DNA from: Lama glama
Taxonomy: Eukaryota
Direction of reading: 5' to 3'
NCBI GenBank assembly: GCA_028534125.1
Contig: CM052816.1
Span: 45,324,001-45,388,000 of the forward strand
Length of the DNA: 64,000 nucleotides
Each line of letters begins with the position of its first letter. Positions within the stretch are counted from its first letter, which is position 1. The position numbers and the translations under genes were made by a program. The notes below the pieces were generated by a model. The model had not been told where the DNA came from and did not search any database. It saw nothing but the letters and a program-made list of their open reading frames with translations. Shown piece after piece: positions 53,823-64,000 of the stretch.

Positions 53823-55143
53823 CCCACCAAGCTAAATCAAGCACGAGTCATCTCAAAATGCTGAAATTCTAGTTCACTGTTTCTCAATCTTTTCTAATCC
53901 ATGGCCCACCACAGGTTCACAATGGCAAAAGAAATAATGCCCATGAAAAATACAATACTATTCTTAATTCTATATTGATATAACACATCTTAACTAAAAG
54001 AAAAAGAAGTAAATTCTCCAAAGAGATATCTGATATATTTTGTTTTCACTTATAAAATCGTTTCTTATTCTGCTTGATTAGAGCTCTACTTTAACAGCCA
54101 AGGGAGGAAATGTAGAGAAATATCAACTTTTTCACTTTAAATAAATTGCATGCATCTCTTCTTGCTTGAGCTAAGCAATAACCATTCATAAAAACTGGTT
54201 TTCCTGTAAACCTCACTTCTCAGTATTCCTTAATATATTACTCCCCACCCCGACCCCCACACTTTACTTTGGACATTCTCACTTCTCCCTCTCTGAAATG
54301 CCTCTCTCTCTGCTCTCCATCTTTCTAAAATCTACTCAGTTTTTACAGAAGAAGTCAAATTCCACCTGCCTACTCTGATCATGATAGACTCCTAGACTTT
54401 CCTATTTTTTAGAGTGTTTCCAGCACTTGTTATTGAGCCAAATGTCCTTTCTACTAGGAGAGTGCCTATGGGTGAAGCCAGACACCCACATGACACAATA
54501 AAATGTGACAGGTGTTATAACAGGGTATGGGGTGAAATATCAGGGGAGTGCAAAGTCAAGACTGATTAGTTCTGCTTGCGGAAGTTGAAGAAATACTCAA
54601 AGAGGAAACAGAATTACGGCGGCTTGCCCTGCAAGCCCCATCTGCCCCACCTCCTCTTCCTAAGCTTATCTTCCAAAGGACACTTCATGTTCCAAACCTG
54701 CTACTCTCACTGCATTGATTGCTCTTCCCTAAAACATGTTCCATCGTCTCTTAACTCTTTGCCTTTGTTCTTTGTCTTCCTTTAGCTAGAATTTCTGTTT
54801 CCTATCTTTCTCTGTTGAAATCATGTCCATTTTTCAAGGTATGGTTGAAATGTCGATGTTATCATGAAGATATGGCTTTTTTTTTTTTCAATCACAAACA
54901 ACCATTTCCTCTTCTGGAGTTTAAAATAGAATTTTATTAACATAAGGATTGATTTTCCTATCCAATTCTCCCAAATCTTAGATAAAAATCAGCCTTGATC
55001 TCTTGGAAAACTGTCAACTTCTTAAGGGCAACAATTTGATCATATTCTCCATTATAATTATTTTGAAACACATTTTTTACAAAGGAAAACATAGCAAGTA
55101 TTCAGTATCCTGTACAGACCCTATCACAATTTTGAGCATAGTG

Positions 55144-56815
55144 TTTTTTCAAACAGCTTTAATGAAGTCTGACTGACAGACAATAAATGGCACATATTTA
55201 AAGTGTATGAGTTAGTAAGTTTTGACACATACATATACCTGTGAAACCATCACAATCAAGATAATTAATATATACACCATCCCCAAAGGTTTCCTCATGA
55301 CCTTCATAGTACCTTCCTGCACCAGTATCACTTCTCACATCCCCAGGCAACCTGTTTTCTGTCACTGCCCATTAGTTTGCATTTACTAGAATTGCATGCA
55401 AGTGGAATCATATGTACTTTTTTTTCCTCTAGTGTATTTCACTCAGCAAAATTATTTTGAGATTCATCCAAAACAATGTATCAATGGTTCATTCTCTTTT
55501 TATCGTTGAATAATATTCTAATTATGTATCCTTTCACTTGTTGATGGATATTTGGGTTGTTTCATGATTTTGGCTTTTATAAGTAAAGCTGCTCTGAATG
55601 TACAAGTCTTTGTATGGACATATGCTTTCATTTACCTTGAGTAAATATCTAGGAGAGGAATGGTTGGATCATATGGTAAGTGGGTACTTCATCTTTTAAA
55701 AAATTGATTATTTTCCCAAGGTGGTTGTAACATTTTACATTCTTGTCAGAAATGTATATATCTAGTTACTCCACATTTTCACTAAAACTTGTTATGGGTA
55801 GTTTTTTAAATTTTAGCCTTTCTAATAAGTACACTGTAGTTCCTTAGTGTGGTTTTAATTTGCATTTTCCTAATTAGCAATTATGTTGATCATCTTTTTC
55901 AGTGTTTATTTGCAATCCATATCTCTCTTTGAAGAAATGCCCACTTAACTCTTTTGCCCACTTTTAAAATTGGGCATATTCATGACAAAAGTATTTAATC
56001 AGATACTTGTGTGCAAATATTTTCTCCAAGTCTGTGACTTGTGTTCTCATTCTCTTTAACAGTGTCTTTCGAAAAACAAGTTTTTAACATTGATGAAACC
56101 CAATTATGGACTGGGTCATATATTTTATTGATTATACATTTTTGGTAACACATCTAAGAAAATTTTGCCTAATTCAAATTCACAAAAGTTTTCGCTTATG
56201 TTTTTCTAGTAGTTTTACAGTTTCAGGTTTTAAAATTAGAACTTTGATTAATTTTGAGTTATTTAAAATATGATGAAAATTATGATCCAAAGCCTTTTGT
56301 TTGGCAGGTAGATAACCAATTTTTCCAGAACTGTCCATGTATAGGTCCTTCACATATTTCTGAAAAGATTAACCCCTTAGTATTTTCTATTTTGGCTGTT
56401 ATTTTAATTGATATTTCATAAAAATTTAATTTCTTATTGTTCACTGCTAGTATAGAAATAAAAATTGATTTTTGTATATTGATCTTGTATTCTGCAAACT
56501 CACAGAACACCCGTTTGAATAGCTCTTCAGTAGAAAACATTATATTTTCTATGTAAAGGATCATGTGGTCTCTAAATAAAGGAAATTTTACCTACTTTTA
56601 AAATCAGAATAGTTTTAATTCCTTCTTCCTGCCATACTTAACTGGAGATAGATAAATAGGTAGGTAGGTAGGTAGGTAGGTAGGTAGGTAGATAGATAGA
56701 CAGACAGACAGATAGAAATGTAGGTATACTGTATATACACAGAGGTGGTGAAAATGATTATCCTTCTTTTACTTCTGATCTTAAGGAGAAACATTTGGTT
56801 TTTCACCATTAAGTA
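55144..56815 (-). mobile_element. L1MD/MC-like LINE-1 3' region (sense to ADGRV1)
   Basis: aacagctttaatgaagtc...cacatatttaaagtgta; gttgatggatatttgggttgtttc; ggttttaatttgcattttcc; aattgatttttgtatattgatcttgtattctgcaaac. Confidence 0.9.
56647..56715. repeat. Compound tetranucleotide microsatellite (TAGG)n(TAGA)n(CAGA)n
   Basis: Directly visible. Confidence 0.95.
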
Positions 56816-56817
56816 TT

Positions 56818-57070
56818 TTTATGAACTAAACTATGTCCTCCTAAAATTCATATGTTGAAGTACTAAAGTCCAGTACCTCAAAATATAACTGTATTAGAAT
56901 ATGATGTCATTAAAGAGGTAATTGAGTTAAAATGAGGTCTTTATGTGGGACCTACTCTGACTGGTGTCCTTATAAGAAGATAAAATTTTGGATATAGAAA
57001 TGCACACATATAGAGGAAAAATCATATGAAGCCAAAGGAAGAAGATGGATATCTATAAAGTAACGAAAGA
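56818..57070 (+). mobile_element. MLT1B-like MaLR LTR, 3'-truncated
   Basis: tatgaactaaactatgtcctcctaaaattcatatgttgaagtactaa...gaggtaattgagttaaaatgaggtc...gactggtgtccttataagaag. Confidence 0.85.
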
Positions 57071-58227
57071 AAAAAATGTATTTGTTGCAGATTTAAGGAT
57101 AAATTTAGCCCCTGTCATTTTATCCTGACTCGAGGTAGAATCTAGTAAGTATTCAATACCTTTTAGATCCTGTTTTTAATATTTTTTAATTAAAATTTTT
57201 CTATTATGACGGTGCTCTGTCCTGAGCTCAACTAAAAAGAACTTAAATCTAAATTATCCTTATACTTTCCTTCGTGAATTTTTATAGCTCATTTTTTTCT
57301 GATCTACTTCTCTTTTCTTGACCACAAAAAGTTTTACACTCTCCTTTCAAAGTTAGCTCGTAAGCTATTTTAAACATTAATTTCAGTGACAAAAACAAGA
57401 TATTTTAAGTTAAAAAAAACCCCACAAAATGCTGAGCTCTGAATTCCCTCTGCTACTCATTTATGTCTGCAAAATTCCTCTCAGTAGAAAATTGTGTATA
57501 ACTTTAATCTGATGCTAAAGACAAAGAGATCTTTGCATGCTGCTGCTGCACTGGCCACGGTGGCATTGCCAAGTGTAACGTCATCACAAGTGTAATGACA
57601 TTTTCATGACAGTAATGCATTCTGTGGTGACAGACTCCCTTTTGTTTAACTTTTTACCACCATTATCTGTGCAATTTTAAAATTATTTGAAAAAACATTT
57701 AAAATTCTCTGAAGACCTTTAACACAATATTAAACATAAAACACCAGAACTTAGTGATAATCTTTAATTCCTTATGCAGTAGTGTGGAAGCCAGAAACGG
57801 GAAAATAACTCTGAGGAAAATCTATCTTTTTTTGTTCCTGCCTGACTATGCCCAAAAGAGATTGCCTGGAGCATGTTCCTATAAACACAGTACTTGAAAT
57901 AAAGCCATACCTATTTTTCTTATCTTTTCTTCATTACCTTGTGATCACACAGTATGTTTACTAGTATTTTTTTTTTCTGGGCTAGTATCTTTTCCCTTGT
58001 ATTTCTACCCTATCCTTTAAGAGAATGTTTACATGTCAGAACATGCTGTCAATACCAAATCTTAATTTTCACTATTATTAAAAGCATCTTACTTAACATT
58101 ATAATTATTTTCACCAATTTCACACAGCTATTCTTTTGCTACATTGGCTATAAGACTTTAAATATTCTTGGATAGCTTTCCTGTGGTTTTCATGTCAAAG
58201 AATGCAAAATCTATTATGCTCACTTTT

Positions 58228-58269
58228 CTTCATTCCTTCCTTCCCTCTTCCCTCCCTTCCTTCCTTCCA
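58228..58269. repeat. (CCTT)n-like low-complexity repeat
   Basis: cttcattccttccttccctcttccctcccttccttccttcc. Confidence 0.85.
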
Positions 58270-59074
58270 TCGCAAATCAATCTCAACTCCTTATATTTTA
58301 TAGTTACTTCAGCTATTATACAAAATGTATGGAATCAAAGATCCTTACTAAACTAAATATGTCTCTGAATGTCTTAGGTGTGTCAGGGAGGTGCTTTATG
58401 CAAGTTTTTGGCAACTACTGAATGTCAGAAACCAGCTTAAACAGGTTTTTTATAATTATTACATTATTATAGTTGCCATAGTGAAAACACAGTAAAAAAT
58501 CAATCAACACACTTTCAGTTTTCAAGCGGCACATTCTATACATGCCCTGTCTTCAGTGTACCCTCGTCCCTACTGCTGTAAACAACACAGGGCACAGACG
58601 TCCCGCTCATGCTACATGATACCATCAGAACAGAAGTGAATCTGCAGCTATTAATCAGAAGCAGATGGAGATTCGAAGTGTTCACTTAGATTGTATATGC
58701 AGTCAGATTAAGTTATCTGTTTAAGTATATGACAAAATAAATCAGTCTACAAAATGTTAATTATTATTAAAAGATAAAAACTTTATGGCTTGTCTATACA
58801 CATCTCAATTTTGGTCTCAGTTTATCTTCAGTAAAGTAGATTGCTTGCAATAATCTACCACACAGAGGTAAAGACATTTTAAAAGGCCATTCTGTGAAAG
58901 ACAACAGTATTTACAAAAAAAACAATAATCTCTTACCCTGACTTCAGATTTTTTGATGTATGTTATTGTTTTTATTTCTTCATTTTTCTTTAAAGAAATG
59001 AATCATTCATTAACACCAAGACTAGTCTTTCTGACCTGATACACAGTCAAAGAAGTACTAACTTATTTTTATCA

Positions 59075-59258
59075 GTAATAACAATAATAATAATTTCCAT
59101 TTAATAAGTGGTTATTATGTGCCAGGTACTATGCTAAACGCCTTCCAAGATATTATTTCATCTTATTCCTAAATAATCCATGCAATTTAGATGTCACTGC
59201 CACCATTTTATAGAGGAGGACACTGAGGCTTAATGAAAGTTTAAAATAACTTGGAAAA
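59075..59258 (-). mobile_element. MIR SINE
   Basis: tatgtgccaggtactatgctaaacg...ccattttatagaggaggacactgaggctta. Confidence 0.85.
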
Positions 59259-59761
59259 GAAGCCCTGTTTTACATAGGATTTTACACAGTACATGGATAT
59301 CTAATATATTCATTTATCATTAAAAATCAATGTCAGCTTAACATTTAGTTATCTCAGTATTTGTTTAAATATACAAAGTACTTTTTAATTACTATTGATA
59401 ATTATTTGATCAATCTAATGGCATAGTCAAAATTAAATGAGCATAGCAGAAACTAAACACATTTTTAAAGCCTTTAAAGAAAGAAGCTTTTATCTTTCAT
59501 CTAGATTTTTAAGGAATAAAAAAATTGAATACATTTTCCACAACCATTACCATACTCCTTCTTACGTTATTCTTTGCACCATTTGCCCTTTTAGAATTAT
59601 GCAAGAAAGTTATAACAATTATTATAAAGGAAAGGCACACGTTATTTTCAGTTTATTAATTTTAACCCACATTTTACTGCAAATCAAATAGCTAAATTTC
59701 TATATACTTTTTTAAAAATTGAAATTAAAGTCTCAAAATTTCAAATCCCCCAATCATTTCT

Positions 59762-59787
59762 CACACACACACACACACACACACACA
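59762..59787. repeat. (CA)n microsatellite
   Basis: Directly visible. Confidence 0.95.
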
Positions 59788-59811
59788 AAACAAAAACAAA
59801 AATAACAATAA

Positions 59812-60050
59812 TGTACAGTGATTGAGATCGTGAACTCTGAGCTAGAAATACTTAACTTAAATCTTAACTCCAATCCTTATTAGTTTTTGAACTTTGGAAA
59901 ACTACCTCTTTGTGCCTCTCTTTTCTCATCTGTAAAACAGAGATGATGAGTACACTACCTACCTCATAGGACTGCTGTGGAGATCAAAGGTATTAATAAG
60001 TGTAAATTTTATGTCAGTATCTGTCATAAAGTAAGCATGGGTAATTTGTT
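59812..60050 (+). mobile_element. MIR SINE
   Basis: cctctttgtgcctctcttttctcatctgtaaaacagagatgatg...acctacctcataggactgctgtggagatcaaa. Confidence 0.85.
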
Positions 60051-60627
60051 CAAATAGGTTTAATCATTTGCATGACACTGGGCAGGATGATGAACAGCTA
60101 GCAAATAAAGACTCTAGTTATTACCAGTTGGTAAATAACTTGTTAGTTATATAGTTAGTTGTACAGAAAAATTCTATATGATTAAATGATTAAATATATA
60201 TAATAAAAATAATATATCATATTATTTATATGTATTACATATAAATATTAAAATAAATGAATAAAAATCTATAAATAAAAGCATAATAAAACTATATAAA
60301 AATAGGGAATTCTATGGTACAAATGAAGTCACAGTTTCTATGAGTTTCTCAGACTTTGCTCAATTTGAATTGTGTAATAATTCTGCATAACTGTTCTTGA
60401 AGTAGAAACATCAGGATGTTTATGAACTGTCAAGAGTCATCATTATCTGAGTAGGTCAGTTAAAACAAAAACAGAACCAATAACTGCACTAAAAATAAAT
60501 TAGTTCCTCCAAGAAGACCCAGTATTCCTGGAACTGTAAAACTGAGTATATGATTCCCAGGACTGTCCGAAAACACTGAGTATTATGGGCACAATGGGCA
60601 ATGCCTTGACTCAAATGGGGAAGAGAG

Positions 60628-60845
60628 TAATCATTTATTGGGGTCCTAAGGTGTGGCAGGCTTTCTGTGGTTTCTGTAGACAGGTTATTTCATTTTAATC
60701 CTCATAATAGTCCTATAAGGTTATCACCCCTGTGTGATAGCTAAGGAAGCAGAAATTCAAAGGCTTTACAGCTCGCCAGTGACAGAGCTTGAACTGGCCT
60801 TATCTGACTGCTAACTTGATTCTTTTTTTTGCTATTCTCTGCTGT
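60628..60845 (-). mobile_element. MIR SINE
   Basis: catttattgggg...tttaatcctcataatagtcctataagg...agtgacagagct. Confidence 0.75.
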
Positions 60846-62279
60846 TTTCAGGACAACGGCTGAAGTTTAGGCAAGGATTGTCACTAGTTCTCTGAATGTG
60901 GAGAAAGAACTGAGATTTGCTATGTGGCTTTAAAGAGTATTTCTGATAATACCAGTGTTCCCATCTACTTGGTCAAAGCTGGTGGCTCTCACAAGTGATT
61001 CAAACTGTTCTTTTCAATGAGTACATTTTATTAAACTGCTTTTAAATTCATATTAATATTAAAATTTATATTCTTGAACTGGAAAAATAGGTGACACAAC
61101 AATTATCAAAACAAAACCCAAATGCCTCTCTTCTAAAATTTTTAAAAATGAAAAATTCCTTCTATAGATAACTCACCAGCATCTAGGAAATAAAAGGCTA
61201 TATACAAGAAAACAGGGCAAGTCAACATAAATAAGTCAAGATATACGAAAACGATTACCCTTGTATCTAAATAGTAGCTATCTGAGGGGATATTCTGGTA
61301 TTTCCTCTTATTATTATCTACACAGAGAGCTAACCTGAGTTCGTGTCCCAAAGGCAAACATTTGATTCATCCGAGAGGGTTATAAAACACTGTTTGGAAG
61401 AAGACAAAGACTCATGGAAGCTGAATTGTACTTGACCATCTTATACATGTGGGGTACCTATAGATCGGCATATGGCAGCTTCAAGCATCCACAATTCTCC
61501 AAATTTCAAAGTAGCCCACCTTTCCAAACACCCTAATCTTTCTCATGTCCCCACCCTTAGGCAAAAATGAGACTGTACACAATGTACCACACTTGAATAG
61601 AATGTAGCAATTCAAATAGAAAGAGTTCGGAGAGAATAAACGATAGCCCACAATCTGATCAGAAGGAAAAGAGCATGTCAGCTGCCAAATGATGTCTATA
61701 AAGAGTCAGCCAACTTTGAATTAAAGTGAAGATTCTCTGGAGAAGAGGCAGAAACCGAAAGAAAGGCAGAGAGAAAGCGTGGAGGTGGAGACGGCAACAG
61801 CCGGGCAGAGGTTAGAAGTGGAGGCACACTGCCTTGGCGGCAGATATTCAGATTCTACTTAGTAGGCAGAGAATATCTAGCACTGAGATGGGCTCTATGG
61901 AAGACACAGGAGCAGAAGAAATGTTTCCTAGCTGGGAAAAGTGGACCACCTAAATGCAAAGATGAGCTAATCTCTATCAAGGCTAAGTCACACACCAGAT
62001 CTCTTCTCTCCCACTATTTTTATGTTTTAACCACAACTTTATAAAGTGATTATTCTTTCTTCTGCAAAGTAGGAATAAGGATATAAAAGGAGACTGAGGC
62101 TTATTTCTGTCGATGGCAGCAAAATTAAATTATAAGCATCAACGTTTTATTCAGTTAGCAGCCCTATCAACCGTAAGAAGAAAGAGAAATACAGATAACA
62201 GAACATTATTTATAAATTACTTATAATTATGAAATAGACATATATACTCAGGCATAACCTCTTTCTACAAGGCTCCACT

Positions 62280-62505
62280 CTAAAATTTTGGTCCTCTCCA
62301 TCAAAAGTACTCCTACTACTCCAGTGTTTTGTGTCCCAGTCAATGGCTCCACCATCCATCCAGTTACTCAAGAACTTGATTCCTTTTATTTTTCATCCTG
62401 TGTAACTAATTCTCAAATCCTATCAGTTATACTTTTAAAATACCTCTCGAACATGTCAATCTCTCCCCACTTTCCATCATTATCTTTCACCTGGACTACT
62501 TCCTC
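62280..62505 (+). mobile_element. L2 fragment
   Basis: cagtcaatggctccaccatccatccagttactcaag...ctttcacctggactact. Confidence 0.75.
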
Positions 62506-63422
62506 TCCACAGTGAACAGTATGATGTAATTACTTTAACATACAGCAATATATGCACCTCCCCCATATATAATTTGATCCAGGAGATAAATACATTTTAA
62601 AACGAAGCATGAAACTTTAAAATCTACTCATTACTGTATTTTTTTCATTGAAGTAACAACCATAGTTATGAATAAACATACTGCCAGTTCTCCTATACTC
62701 AGGAACATTCATTTGTTAAGATACTGATAGGAAACGTTGACCAACCATTGTACAAAGCTCGTGTTTAACAATGCATTATTCTGGAAATGGTTAATCAAAC
62801 ATGAGTGAAGTCATCCCTCCTTTGTCAAAGAAACTCCACATCAGAGCACCATGTACTTTACTGAGTCACTTATCAGTCAATGGAACACAATCCATTTAAA
62901 AATTAACAGGATTGGACTGGATGAAAGCTAATGTACATTATCACACCACTGTAAAATACCACCATTTTTTGGCTTTGTTCTGACATCTTTCAAAAGCATC
63001 TCAGAGACTCTAAACCAAATCCAGTCATTATGTGCACAGGCACTCTATTATGCAGAGAACCCCTAGAGTTCCCTTATAACAGGGAAAGGCAACTCCCCTC
63101 TTTTTTCTACACTTGTGCTAGTAACCAAATCCCTCTTCTACTAACCTGTTCTGGGACTCCACTCTCCCATTTATTACCTCCACCATCTAAGCTCCATAAA
63201 GCTTCTTACTAATTTCCTTAACTAATTTCTGGTTCACGTTCATCTTTCAGTCTTCTAAAATCTAGGTTTCACGGCTACCAAGGGCCAAATGCCTAAGACT
63301 ACTTTTCAGTCCTCATCCAACTTGATGTGTTTGATATTTTATGTTAGCAGTGTGTCCTCCTTCTTCACACTTGCTTGCTTCTAACACTCTTCCTTATGTA
63401 ACATAAAGATTTCATTCTTCTA

Positions 63423-63595
63423 TTGTACAATTTTTTAAAAAATTTCTTTTATATATTTCTTTCTTTCTTTCTTTCTATTGGTGGGGGGAGGTAGTTAGAT
63501 TTATTTATTTATTTTTAGAGGAGGTACTGGGGATTGAACCTAGGACCTTTTGTATTCTAAGCTTGTGCTCTACCACTTGAGCTATACCCTCCCCC
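63423..63595 (-). mobile_element. tRNA-Ala-derived camelid SINE (Vic-1-like)
   Basis: gaggaggtactggggattgaacctaggacc...ctctaccacttgagctataccctccccc. TSD aagatttc(a/t)ttcttcta at 63406-63422 and 63596-63612. Confidence 0.92.
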
Positions 63596-64000
63596 AAGAT
63601 TTCTTTCTTCTAAATCAGAGTCCTGGACTCAAATTTGAATTATTTCCAGCAACTAACAGTGATGTCAGGAAAGTTACTAAACTTTTTGAACTTCAGATCT
63701 ATATCTTTAAAATCAAGCTAATTATATTTATCTTGTTGGGCAGTTGTGTAGAATAAGCTATAACACATTTAGCATATCTCAAACTTTTCTACTCAAGTAC
63801 TTCTGTGGGAGAAGAATATGCAAGTCTGACTCCTCCTAGGAAGTCTGGAGCTGTATCCTTGACGGAGACTTCTTGTGCGTGTGTATGTCAGACTTAATCT
63901 TTAAATACTGTGTGAATTTTACATGCTGCTTAGTATCATCCTGCTTACTTAACTTCAGCTATATATTAATTTTATTAAGCTGTAAACTAACATTGGTAAC

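Noticed and set aside
60165..60305. Extremely AT-rich tract
   Set aside because: Low-complexity decay with no defined unit or supportable function.

Overview
Mammalian, AT-rich, repeat-rich genomic DNA, not prokaryotic. The host is very probably a camelid, judged from five copies of the tRNA-Ala-derived Vic-1-type SINE. The whole window appears to lie inside the adhesion GPCR gene ADGRV1 (GPR98/VLGR1/USH2C), transcribed on the minus strand. Only two coding exons are present: 50984-50868 (117 nt) and 40830-40652 (179 nt). They splice in frame and encode part of the 7TM domain (end of TM2 to the start of ECL2). The rest is intron filled with L1, L2, CR1/L3, MIR, MaLR/ERVL LTRs, hAT fossils and SINEs, plus a 500-N assembly gap. 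I see no convincing new multi-gene system. The most interesting unexplained signals are a 14-bp perfect (about 23-bp extended) complementarity between the two exons, a candidate in-frame 6-nt microexon, candidate poison exons and decoy splice sites, and an orphan T-tract/A-tail retro-insertion with a perfect TSD. Repeat family names come from visual recognition of consensus motifs, not from a database search, and repeat boundaries are approximate.
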